A stretch of DNA of 64,000 nt from Bacteroidota bacterium (GTDB lineage Bacteria > Bacteroidota > Bacteroidia > CAILMK01). Position 1 is the first letter of the stretch, and the number at the start of each line of letters is the position of its first letter. The stretch spans positions 10,945 through 74,944 of the forward strand of contig JABDBQ010000003.1 in the NCBI GenBank assembly GCA_013288555.1. The letters run 5' to 3'. A model generated the notes under the pieces. That model worked only from the letters and a program-made list of their open reading frames with translations, made no database searches and was not told the origin of the DNA. The translations under genes and the position numbers were made by a program. Of the stretch, positions 10,870 through 20,405 are shown piece after piece.

Positions 10870-11994
10870 TCAGGTGTTTGATAATCTATTATACAAATTA
10901 TTAATACGCTCTTCAAATGTAACTACCATATGCGAAGCACGAATAGACTCAAGCAAAACTAACGAAGAAAGTTTGTCAAGATAGGTTCTTAATAACTTGC
11001 TTAGCAATTCAATATCATAAGGATCGAATATTTCTCCATTCTTAGCCGGCTGAATCAGACTTGTGGCGCCAGCATAAGAGGAACATAGTACATCTGCGCC
11101 GCCAAGCAATGCTTCATTTACAACAGCCCCAAATGGTTCATAATGGCTGGGCAAAACAAATATTTGTCCTATATTATACCAGGCATCTAATTCAGGCCCT
11201 TCTAAACGGCCGACAAATATTCCTGCATCGCCAAGGCCGTATTGATTTGCCTGATTCTTTAATTTATTCTCTTCTGTGCCATCGCCTATTATAACCAGTT
11301 TTACATCAGGATAATCAGCTCTGATATTGTTAAAAGCATTTAATAATCTATCCACTCCTTTTATTGCGACTAATCTTCCAACAAAGAATATACATCTTTT
11401 ACCAATCAGATCGAATTTTTTTAAATATTGATTAGAAAGAGGTAATGCGGCCTTCAACCTATCCTGAAAATCCGATTCCTTATAGATATTGCCCAATACA
11501 ATACAATCATTTTTTAATGCAAATCGTCCGTTATACCATTTAGCCACATCATTGTTTACAACTATTAACCCATCAATTTTCGTAACCAGAAAATCTCTTG
11601 AAAGTTTATGAAACCCCCTGCATGTTTTAGCTATCAGCAAACTATCCATGCATATTGAATATATCTTGTATTTAAATCCAAATATGCGTTTTAAAAAATA
11701 GACCCAAATGGTTATCGGGCTGTATTCGTACGAAATAATTATTCCCGGATTGTTTTTTCTGATAACAGAAAGAATACCAAACCTGATTGCAATATGTTTA
11801 ATATTAAATCCTCTTGTAAGATAATTACACTTGAATCTTAGCTTCTTTTCCAGTTCAGACTGATCAAAATTCTGGCTTTTTATGGCTTTATTTATAAAGA
11901 AAATTTTAAAATTAAATAGCTCATTCAGGCTATTCCATAAATCAATTTTATATGGAGATAATGCTTGATGAAATATTATCAGGTTTTTCTTCAT
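10870..11994 (-). CDS. Glycosyltransferase family 4 (GT-B)
   Basis: 374 aa. FVGRLVAIKGVD and PSHYEPFGAVVNEALLGGADVL (E-x7-E). Confidence 0.8.
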   Translation of the reverse strand: MKKNLIIFHQALSPYKIDLWNSLNELFNFKIFFINKAIKSQNFDQSELEKKLRFKCNYLTRGFNIKHIAIRFGILSVIRKNNPGIIISYEYSPITIWVYFLKRIFGFKYKIYSICMDSLLIAKTCRGFHKLSRDFLVTKIDGLIVVNNDVAKWYNGRFALKNDCIVLGNIYKESDFQDRLKAALPLSNQYLKKFDLIGKRCIFFVGRLVAIKGVDRLLNAFNNIRADYPDVKLVIIGDGTEENKLKNQANQYGLGDAGIFVGRLEGPELDAWYNIGQIFVLPSHYEPFGAVVNEALLGGADVLCSSYAGATSLIQPAKNGEIFDPYDIELLSKLLRTYLDKLSSLVLLESIRASHMVVTFEERINNLYNRLSNT

Positions 11995-12013
11995 TATTCT
12001 ATATTAATATAAT

Positions 12014-12883
12014 TTATTTTTTAAACCACTTCCAGAAAAAAGGGAAAAAAGTTTTGAGCCATGATAAAGCCCATGCTTTTGGTAAATATACAGGGAAATA
12101 AGATTTAATAAAATACAGATACTCTTTGTACGCAAATCCTTTAACATCATATAACTGAGCAATCCTTTTTTTAAGGGGTACATTGCTCCATTTTTCCCAA
12201 TTATTGCCATGATCGTTAAAACATTTTCCACCGGCATGAGATCCAACATATGTTGGTATTCCTGCTTTTCTTGCTCTTAATGTATATTCATAATCAGCAA
12301 TACCATGTGTGTATCTTTCGGATAACATACCAATCCTTGAATAAACTGTTCCAGATATCAGCATGATATTACCATTTCCCATATGACAAAGTTGAGGAGA
12401 TTTATTATTTGGTATTACCTTTTTAGTCTTCATGTTATGATTATTAAGTAATATCCGGCCTCCATAACTAATCGTATTGTTTGTGGCATCCACTGTGGAA
12501 CTAATCAATATAATCTCATCAGTATTTATATATTCTTTATCCTTAAGTAAAGATTCAATTGCTTTATCAAATAAGACTACATCATCATTCAGCAATAAAT
12601 AGTAATCTATTGATATATTGCTTCGTATGGCTTCCTTCCAGGCCTCCCGTGTACCACCGGCCCAAAACAAATTTCCATTTCCTTTTATAATATGAACATC
12701 CTGGAATTTTTCAATTACAGCTGATGCTGTTCCATCTGATGAACCATCGTCAGTTAAAAAAACAGTTATTTTAAATATCTCACCAATTCCCCTTTGTGAA
12801 TATACAGACTCGAGACATTTAAGTGTGTTTTCCTTACGATTGTGACATGTAATCAAAACTGCAATTTGTGGTATGACTTGCAT
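12014..12883 (-). CDS. Glycosyltransferase family 2
   Basis: 289 aa. IAVLITCHNRKENTLKCLESV, LTDDGSSDGT, LLLNDDV (DxD) GT-A signatures. Confidence 0.85.
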   Translation of the reverse strand: MQVIPQIAVLITCHNRKENTLKCLESVYSQRGIGEIFKITVFLTDDGSSDGTASAVIEKFQDVHIIKGNGNLFWAGGTREAWKEAIRSNISIDYYLLLNDDVVLFDKAIESLLKDKEYINTDEIILISSTVDATNNTISYGGRILLNNHNMKTKKVIPNNKSPQLCHMGNGNIMLISGTVYSRIGMLSERYTHGIADYEYTLRARKAGIPTYVGSHAGGKCFNDHGNNWEKWSNVPLKKRIAQLYDVKGFAYKEYLYFIKSYFPVYLPKAWALSWLKTFFPFFWKWFKK

Positions 12884-13003
12884 AAACTACTTAAATGATA
12901 TTTTGACCTGGATGTATAAAAGGAAACTTAATGCCCGATTTTTTAGTGTTTGCAAACGATATCAATAATATTTATTTTTTATCTGATTTAAAGCCGGCTT
13001 CTA

Positions 13004-14212
13004 TTATGCCATTACTTCTTTGCCGGCATTAACAGGTTTTAAATCTTTTAGCTTTTGAGTTTTAAACCCAATAAATGGCAAACCTATATAAATCGGATAG
13101 TTAAACCATTGTTCATCCTGCATGTTTAATATGACTACGATCAATATCAAAATGGCAAATATTCTACTGGATTTTGCGAATGCACTGTACAGAAGCACAA
13201 AATATCCTATAACAAAAAACACACCCATGGATGCCATGTATCCTGAAAATGAATTGCCACTACCTACCTGACTGGCATCTACAATAAAATCCGGATCATC
13301 CGCATATCTTGTTTTTTCGCTCATACCATTCCCGATAAATGGATGCTTGCTTATGTAGTGTAAATCAAAAATAATTGACCCAAGCCTGTTGTTTGAATAT
13401 TCTCCAACCCGCTGCTGGCTTGCTTCACCGGTCTGGTCGCTAATCTTACTGCTCAGAAAGTCAGCTTCTCCGTATAGGTAAAGCCCTACTACGATAAGCA
13501 GGGGTAAAAAAAGCATTGCATAAAACCTGTTCCTTGATCCTATCAAGTAAAAAATCAAAATGACAAAAAATATCAGGTAGCCTCCCGTACTTTGTGTGGT
13601 TAATAGCGTCACAACCATTACGATAAGTTTGACCTTGTGATCCTTCCATAAAATCTGAAGATTATTAAAATTCAAAGCAAGGCAAAGTGTAATTATTCCG
13701 GCAAAAGCCCCAGGTTCCCAAAAAAGTCCGCCATTTCTCCTTGCTATCAACAAGCTATTAAAGTTATATATCAAATAATTGTACTGGCCATTCCCCATAT
13801 CAATATGGGGTAAATTAACTCCCAGTAAAGTAACAAAAACAAAAAATATTAAAGATATGTAGCAAAAATGAAACAAAACATCAAAGAAGACTTCCGCAAA
13901 CCTTTCGCTAAAATAACACAATACCAACCCACCAAGCCATATCAGAACAAAATAATTAAATGCACCAAGCCATGAAACGTAACCAAGCGAAGCAAATTGA
14001 AGCAAAAATATTCCCAATAAAACCATTGTAACTCTTAAATACAACGCATAAAAATTATTATAGATGGCAATTCCCAATCCTGTAACCATTAAAACAATCA
14101 GAGACATGTATACATTGGCCAGTTTCCCAAACACAAAAAAAACAAGAGGGCTTCCGCTAAAAAAAATCAGAACAACCATCAATAAATAATCCTTAAATCC
14201 AATCTGCTTCAT
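13004..14212 (-). CDS. wzy: O-antigen ligase/polymerase-family membrane protein (Wzy-like)
   Basis: 402 aa, about 10 predicted TM helices. RRNGGLFWEPGAFAGIITLCLAL loop typical of the Wzy_C/O-antigen-ligase domain; sits in a Wzx/Wzy cluster. Confidence 0.65.
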   Translation of the reverse strand: MKQIGFKDYLLMVVLIFFSGSPLVFFVFGKLANVYMSLIVLMVTGLGIAIYNNFYALYLRVTMVLLGIFLLQFASLGYVSWLGAFNYFVLIWLGGLVLCYFSERFAEVFFDVLFHFCYISLIFFVFVTLLGVNLPHIDMGNGQYNYLIYNFNSLLIARRNGGLFWEPGAFAGIITLCLALNFNNLQILWKDHKVKLIVMVVTLLTTQSTGGYLIFFVILIFYLIGSRNRFYAMLFLPLLIVVGLYLYGEADFLSSKISDQTGEASQQRVGEYSNNRLGSIIFDLHYISKHPFIGNGMSEKTRYADDPDFIVDASQVGSGNSFSGYMASMGVFFVIGYFVLLYSAFAKSSRIFAILILIVVILNMQDEQWFNYPIYIGLPFIGFKTQKLKDLKPVNAGKEVMA

Positions 14213-14278
14213 ATTTGTCTTCTCAAATTATATGTTTAAGTTTACAAATTATACTTATCGATTCATGAATTAACATAA

Positions 14279-15400
14279 TCATCTCCTGGTTTTTGTTTTA
14301 TATAATTCATAAATCTGTTTCACATTCTGCTCCATATTGAAATTTTTGTCTACAAAAGATTTTGCAGATCTGGCCATTGCATTACCATCATCAGGATTTG
14401 AATAAATAAACAGAACATTTTCTGCAATAAGATTGTAATCTTCTTTTATTAATATGCTGTGTATTCCATGTTTGTTAAAATCGCGCAACCCCGGAACATC
14501 ATAAAGTATTGCAGGTATCCCACAAGCCATAGCTTCAACAGTCGTTAATGAAAACCCTTCATAATGACTTGGCATCAGAAATACATCCGACGCAATGAGA
14601 TATTTTCGTACGTCTTCCCTGTTGCCGCAAAAAATAACCCGATCTGCTATCTGCAAATCAATAGCCAATTGTCTTTCTGCAGACTCTAAATCCCCGTTAC
14701 CCAAATGAAGATAATAGCAATCAGGTATTTTTTTCAAAATCACTGGCATGGCATTAATAATATCAGAATGTTGTTTGCCCACATTGCACCCACCCACTGA
14801 TATTATTACAAACGCACCAGGCGCCATATCAAGTTCATTTCTGATTTCCTTTTTTTCTCCTTTCAAAGCAGGGAAATATCGCCGGTTATTGATCCAATTA
14901 TATATTTTGGTTGTATTATTATGATAAAATTTCAGTTCGTGATTGTATACAGAATCACTTATGGCTTGAAAACGACAATTAAATATTTGCTTTGCTATCC
15001 AGCGTTTTATTACATGATATGGGTAGGTAAGAGATTTTGTTGGAAATACCGAATGGAAGGTATAAACAGGCTGCACTTTAGCCATCCAGCCACAAAATGC
15101 CATCCCAAACATTGTATCATGACTATGAATATGAATTACATCATACTTGTCAACTTTCAACAATCTTATTATCGAAAAATAATATCGAAGACGCCTGAAA
15201 TAATTTTTAAATGACGGTATTGGCAAATGAAAAATTTTATATCCGGCATTCTCAAAAAAAGGTGCATATTCACCAAGATCAGTAGCTGTTGCTACAACAG
15301 ATAGCTCACACCCCAAATTTCTGAAAAGCTCTGCAGCATCTACATACATTATTTCTGCCCCAGAATATTTCAGGGAGTGAAGTATATGAATTACTTTCAA
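14279..15400 (-). CDS. Glycosyltransferase family 4 (GT-B)
   Basis: 373 aa. MKVIHILHSLKYSGAE and PSHYEGFSLTTVEAMACGIPAI. Confidence 0.85.
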   Translation of the reverse strand: MKVIHILHSLKYSGAEIMYVDAAELFRNLGCELSVVATATDLGEYAPFFENAGYKIFHLPIPSFKNYFRRLRYYFSIIRLLKVDKYDVIHIHSHDTMFGMAFCGWMAKVQPVYTFHSVFPTKSLTYPYHVIKRWIAKQIFNCRFQAISDSVYNHELKFYHNNTTKIYNWINNRRYFPALKGEKKEIRNELDMAPGAFVIISVGGCNVGKQHSDIINAMPVILKKIPDCYYLHLGNGDLESAERQLAIDLQIADRVIFCGNREDVRKYLIASDVFLMPSHYEGFSLTTVEAMACGIPAILYDVPGLRDFNKHGIHSILIKEDYNLIAENVLFIYSNPDDGNAMARSAKSFVDKNFNMEQNVKQIYELYKTKTRR

Positions 15401-15848
15401 TTTGTGATCTCTCTTATTCTTATGCCCGCAAATTTATGACATTTTTCGATATAAACCCGAGCCAAAACCCGGCCGTATCTTTTGAATAATGCATATATTC
15501 CATGTTTTATGTGCCCAAAAATCAAAACCCTTCAACACTCAATACTTATCATATTTTACTGGTAATATTTTATATAAAGAGATCGGAATCAGAAAATAAT
15601 TAATTATCACTTAAATAAATAGAAATATCCAAAGCATGATTTTTTTCGAATTTCCAAAAATCCATACGTTCTTTCTCAATTCAGCAATGCATGATTTATT
15701 ATGCTTAGAACTTTACGTAAATAAATACCAATATTTAATTCTTTTATTAAATAGCCAAATGTGCCATTATGGATAAGCGCCATAAATAAGCTTTTATCAT
15801 AGAAATCAAACTTATGTTTACATTTGCCGTAGGAATAAAAAAAGTGCA

Positions 15849-16586
15849 ATGGAACAATTTGATAATTGGCATGAATTCTGGAACAATTTTCTTCAAAAGC
15901 GATACGGCAAAGAAGAGGTACAAACAGAAGAGGATTTATTTTTTCAGGTAGCGAGAACAGTAAACCGAAAACCTGTTTCACAAGAAGTATTTGACAATAT
16001 TATTAAACAAATATATTCAGATCTTGATTTTAAACAAGATGACATTCTGGTTGACTTCTGCTGTGGGAACGGATTATTTACATACGAATTAAAAAACAAT
16101 GTAAAGCAAATAATAGGCATTGATTTCGCTCAAAACATTATAGACACGGCAAATAAAATTAAGTCCGCGCCAAATATTACATACGTTCTTGGCAGTGTAA
16201 CTGAATACATGAAAACTTTTAAGGAAACCTGGCCTGGTGCAATTCCTACAAAATATCTTATGAACGATTCATTGGCATATTTTTCTGCATCTGACCTGAA
16301 AGATCTTTTATTTTATATAAAATCCGTTTCAAAAGAGTTTAAATTTTTGTGCAGAGGAGTTCCAAATGAAAAGCTGAAATGGAATTACTACGATACACCG
16401 GAAAGAAAAGAATTTTATCATAATCTCCTGGCTAAAGGCGACCTTACAAATGATGGGCTAGGCAGCTGGTGGAATCCTCTTGAAATTGAAGCAATCAGCG
16501 AAAATTTAGGTATTCATTGTTTCGTCAGAAACCAGGAATTACCGGTATCGAATTATAGAATGGACATCATTTTTAGTAATAAATGA
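15849..16586 (+). CDS. Class I SAM-dependent methyltransferase
   Basis: 245 aa. SAM-binding motif I ILVDFCCGNGLFTYEL and IIGIDFAQNII. One of only three plus-strand genes in the locus (with gmd and fcl). Confidence 0.75.
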   Translation: MEQFDNWHEFWNNFLQKRYGKEEVQTEEDLFFQVARTVNRKPVSQEVFDNIIKQIYSDLDFKQDDILVDFCCGNGLFTYELKNNVKQIIGIDFAQNIIDTANKIKSAPNITYVLGSVTEYMKTFKETWPGAIPTKYLMNDSLAYFSASDLKDLLFYIKSVSKEFKFLCRGVPNEKLKWNYYDTPERKEFYHNLLAKGDLTNDGLGSWWNPLEIEAISENLGIHCFVRNQELPVSNYRMDIIFSNK

Positions 16587-16638
16587 TTTTATGAGACACT
16601 AACTTATTCGTTTAAGAATAAAATAGCTTAACGTCATT

Positions 16639-17649
16639 TTAAATTCCAACATTTTTTAATATCTTCAGCATTTGCCAGATAAAATGACTTTTAACAGCCA
16701 AAAATAAAAGCCCCACTTTATAATTCTGAGGGTGATAACCATGTGCTTTTAAAAATTCATAATCTTCCCGTGCAAGTTTTTTATCTCCAAGACTAAAAGC
16801 AAATCTTATTGATTTTGAATGAAAAACGCATTCTATTTTATTTTTAATTTTAGCATCCACGTTTTCTCTATCCATAAAAAATTTCTGAATATCAAAAACT
16901 GATTTTATCAATTCAAATTGCTTTTTTTTATCATTGTTTCGAGTCATAGACCCTTCTACTGTTCTGTAAAATGCGGTTTTATCATTAAAGTATGCAAATT
17001 TGGCTATTAACGAACATTGCAGCCATATTGGATAATCTCCCGTTTTCCAGTTTCTTATGTTAACCTGTTTGCTGTATACATTTAATGACTCTTCAAGCAA
17101 CTCTCTTCGCATGCATATAGTAAGCGTAGCAATAGATATTTCCTGAGTCAGTAATTTCTCAAATACAAAGCCTGAGGGTATATTTCCAGCTTGCCAATGC
17201 TCTGTTATCTTTCCATTTTCAATCCGCTCAAGATTTGTATGGACGAGTCCAAAGTCAGGATTCAGTTCAAGAAAGTCTACTTGCTTTTGTAATTTTAAGG
17301 GATCAATCCAGTAATCATCACCTTCCAATATTGCAATATATTTAGCTCCGCTTTCCAGGCAAAGTTTAAATGCCTGTAAGCCATTTTGTATTGCACCAAT
17401 ATTAGGGTTGTTAAATACCAGATCTATTTTGTCATTAAATTTCTCCTTAAATGAAATGCAAATATCCCGTGTTCTGTCCGTAGAAAAATCCTCGCAAATA
17501 ATTAACCTGATATCGAAATCGGTTTGCTGTGATACAACAGATTCAATAGCCTGGGCAATATATTTCTCATGATTATACGTTACCATATAAATAGCCACGA
17601 GCGGGATATTTCGCATATTCTTATTATTAAATTCCCGTTTTTCTTCCAT
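16639..17649 (-). CDS. Glycosyltransferase family 2
   Basis: 336 aa. VAIYMVTYNHEKYIAQAIESV, CEDFSTDRT, LEGDDYW GT-A motifs. Confidence 0.85.
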   Translation of the reverse strand: MEEKREFNNKNMRNIPLVAIYMVTYNHEKYIAQAIESVVSQQTDFDIRLIICEDFSTDRTRDICISFKEKFNDKIDLVFNNPNIGAIQNGLQAFKLCLESGAKYIAILEGDDYWIDPLKLQKQVDFLELNPDFGLVHTNLERIENGKITEHWQAGNIPSGFVFEKLLTQEISIATLTICMRRELLEESLNVYSKQVNIRNWKTGDYPIWLQCSLIAKFAYFNDKTAFYRTVEGSMTRNNDKKKQFELIKSVFDIQKFFMDRENVDAKIKNKIECVFHSKSIRFAFSLGDKKLAREDYEFLKAHGYHPQNYKVGLLFLAVKSHFIWQMLKILKNVGI

Positions 17650-17672
17650 TCAGTATATCCTTTTTTGAATTT

Positions 17673-18623
17673 TCAATTCAAAATAATGTCTAATATTCTA
17701 TCAAGTTCAGCTTTACCAATTCGCTGATCTATTGGTAAATGAATAATATTTTGTGTATAATCCCTTTCTACACTATTGTCTGTAGTCCAGTTAAGTACAT
17801 TCGGCCAATAAATTGGTGTGTAAACTTTGTTTTCAATAAGTTTCGCCCTAAGTCTATTGTCAATAGAATAAAATGGATAAACCATTGGTATATCATTGTT
17901 TCCAATTGAAAATGAAAGCCTGTTAATATTTCCTAAATTCTCATCCAGATATTTAAAATTATCCAGCCTCACCATAGCTACTTGTTCATAATTAACAGAA
18001 TTCAGTATTCTTCTTGTTAAATTTGACATTTTCATAATGGGCAAATTATTTAGCAATAATTCATTGTTCAAAAAATAGGAATAGCCATTTTCAGCAGAAA
18101 TGTCAATTCTTCTTAATAGATGTTCAAATCTTTGGTATGAAATATCGGTTTCAAAATCAATATCAAGCATACTGTCTGTATACAGATAGGCTCCATCCGG
18201 AACACCAAAAAACTTTCTTGCTGAATAAAATGAGTGCGTTCCTTTAATCGGCTTATTATAAAATGCCTGTGCATTATCTATTATAAGGTTATTGCATTTT
18301 TCTGCAAGAGTTAAAATATATTTTCCTTTTAAACCAAAATAATTAGTGTATAAAAAATAATCTTTTTTTTGAATTTTATCAAATTCAAATACTGCCTCAA
18401 AGTTTTCGTCAATATTGTAAAATTCAAAATCCACCCCTACCTTTTTTATAGGTTCCATCAATACATCGCAAGTATACAAAGGGATGAACAATTTTTCTAT
18501 ATTTTTCGAAATAAGAAGATATTCCAGGGCATTCCTTCCTGTATTTAACCTCAAACCATCCGTATGAAATTCATTCCCTGAGCCAGTCTCCAGACCAAAA
18601 TATCCACCAATAGCTCTGTTCAT
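17673..18623 (-). CDS. DegT/DnrJ/EryC1-like (PLP-fold) protein, short form, function unclear
   Basis: 316 aa. NTGRNALEYLL and HSFYSARKFFGVPDGAYL resemble the aminotransferase SFxxxK...GG lysine region. 4-nt overlap with the WbqC gene. Confidence 0.45.
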   Translation of the reverse strand: MNRAIGGYFGLETGSGNEFHTDGLRLNTGRNALEYLLISKNIEKLFIPLYTCDVLMEPIKKVGVDFEFYNIDENFEAVFEFDKIQKKDYFLYTNYFGLKGKYILTLAEKCNNLIIDNAQAFYNKPIKGTHSFYSARKFFGVPDGAYLYTDSMLDIDFETDISYQRFEHLLRRIDISAENGYSYFLNNELLLNNLPIMKMSNLTRRILNSVNYEQVAMVRLDNFKYLDENLGNINRLSFSIGNNDIPMVYPFYSIDNRLRAKLIENKVYTPIYWPNVLNWTTDNSVERDYTQNIIHLPIDQRIGKAELDRILDIILN

Positions 18624-19318
18624 ATCAATTCAAATTGGTTCAGCATCACTTTTATTTCATCTAACGAATTAAACATCAATACATCTATTATTGAAAGAGA
18701 AGGAATAAATTCATTATTGAACTGATTATAAGAAATTTGCTCAGTTTTAATAAAATTCAAATGCAGGTTATGCATCAAAAAATCCTCTTTTGAATATAAT
18801 TCCTGCCCACCTATAGGATTAATGTAATGCGTAGCTTTTTCATGCAAACAAATCTCAATAACTCGCTCCTTTCCTTTTAATTCGGTATCCTTGTATAAAA
18901 CAGAACTCAATTTAAATTCAGTTTCAATCTCCAAATATTTGCATACTTGCAACAAGCTTTCGGTGGCTAGCTCAGAAATTGTAGCCTTTTGAGATTCCAA
19001 AACACTTTGCAAAATTGGAAATACATCCTGAAAATAAGGTGCCTTCTTGTATGCTTGCTCTATGGTCATGAGCATTTTTTTAGCCCATTTCATTTTATAA
19101 TCTATTTCTGTGTCAAAAATCTTTTTAAATGAGCTTATTCCTTTTACCGGAACAAAAAAAAGAAATTTTTTATTGTTGAGAAGTAAGTTGTTTCTGTTTA
19201 TCCACCCTTGCTTTATAAATGCAACATCATCATAGACAATAAAGATATCAACAGCATTAATTAGTTGATAGTAACCTATATAAGGAAACAGGTAAGGCTG
19301 CATAATTGCTACTTTCAT
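18620..19318 (-). CDS. WbqC-family protein
   Basis: 232 aa. MKVAIMQPYLFPYIGYYQLINAVDIFIVYDDVAFIKQGWINRN is the characteristic WbqC N-terminus. Confidence 0.75.
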   Translation of the reverse strand: MKVAIMQPYLFPYIGYYQLINAVDIFIVYDDVAFIKQGWINRNNLLLNNKKFLFFVPVKGISSFKKIFDTEIDYKMKWAKKMLMTIEQAYKKAPYFQDVFPILQSVLESQKATISELATESLLQVCKYLEIETEFKLSSVLYKDTELKGKERVIEICLHEKATHYINPIGGQELYSKEDFLMHNLHLNFIKTEQISYNQFNNEFIPSLSIIDVLMFNSLDEIKVMLNQFELI

Positions 19319-19322
19319 CCTG

Positions 19323-20405
19323 CTAATTATTTTGAGCTCTTAAAAGAATCCGACATACATAATCTATTTCTTCATTTGTCAAATCATAATATAGTGGCAG
19401 ACACAATACGCGTTTGCTAATATCTTCGCAATGCGGTACCGGTTGCTTTTCTACATAGTTGAGAGTACTTAAAGAAGGATAAAAATACCGTCTGGTCTTT
19501 ATCTGATCGTCGGCTAAAGCTGTCTGTGCCTTTAACAATTCTGCTTCAGTATTAAAAATAATAGGATAATAGGCGTAGTTATATTCCGCTTTTTCATTTA
19601 TTTTTATTTTCCTTATTTTTAAACCCTTTAATTTATTGTCATACCGTTCGCTCTGAGCTTTACGGGAATGCAGGATTTTATCAATATAGGGCAAAATAGC
19701 AAGGCCCATAGCCGCATGAAATTCTGAATTTTTCCCATTGATTCCAAGACCTTCAAAATTTTCCGGCCCATCAAATCCGAAATTTCGCAAATAAGCCATT
19801 TTTTTCAGTAATAAGGGATCTTTAGTGATAACTCCACCACCCTCTATTGTATGGTAAAGCTTGGTGGCGTGAAAACTAACAGTACTGATGTCTCCGTAAG
19901 AAAATACACTCTTGCCTTTATACTTAGTGCCGAAACAATGCGCCGCGTCGTAAATAACTTTTATTTTATGCTTCCGGGCTATCGTATCAATGGATTCAAT
20001 ATCACATGGGTTGCCATAAACATGCGTGGCAAGAATAGCACTTGTGTCTTTCGTGATAGCTGCTTCTATTTTAGTGGGGTCTATATTTAATGTATGTTCA
20101 TCTATATCCACAAAAACAGGCTTACAAGCCTCCCATACAATACTACTGGTGGTTGCTACAAATGAGAAAGGGGTTGTTATTATTTCACCTTTAAGCTCCA
20201 ATGCCCTAATGGCTATCTGTAAGGCAATCGTTCCATTATTTAAAAAAAGCAGATGCTCTTCTTTCAGAAATTCTTTGAGCTGAAGTTCCAACTGGTTTAC
20301 CAAAGGTCCGTTATTTGTGAGCCAATTGCGTTTCCATATATTAGAAACATATTCCTGATACTCACCAATAGGAGGCAGGAACGGTCTTGTTACTTCAATG
20401 TTCAT
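19323..20405 (-). CDS. DegT/DnrJ/EryC1/StrS-family sugar aminotransferase
   Basis: 360 aa. NNGTIALQIA, DAAHCFG, STVSFHATKLYHTIEGGGV (PLP lysine motif). Confidence 0.9.
   Translation of the reverse strand: MNIEVTRPFLPPIGEYQEYVSNIWKRNWLTNNGPLVNQLELQLKEFLKEEHLLFLNNGTIALQIAIRALELKGEIITTPFSFVATTSSIVWEACKPVFVDIDEHTLNIDPTKIEAAITKDTSAILATHVYGNPCDIESIDTIARKHKIKVIYDAAHCFGTKYKGKSVFSYGDISTVSFHATKLYHTIEGGGVITKDPLLLKKMAYLRNFGFDGPENFEGLGINGKNSEFHAAMGLAILPYIDKILHSRKAQSERYDNKLKGLKIRKIKINEKAEYNYAYYPIIFNTEAELLKAQTALADDQIKTRRYFYPSLSTLNYVEKQPVPHCEDISKRVLCLPLYYDLTNEEIDYVCRILLRAQNN

Noticed and set aside
12004-12249. 81-aa ORF overlapping the 3-prime end of the GT2 gene in another frame
   Set aside because: It is fully nested in the GT2 coding region on the same strand, with no independent support. 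It is a frame artefact.
15676-15981. 101-aa minus-strand ORF overlapping the methyltransferase start
   Set aside because: It overlaps 133 nt of a well-supported gene on the opposite strand, has no recognisable motif, and most of it lies in A/T-rich spacer where long ORFs arise by chance. It could be a remnant, but I cannot support it.
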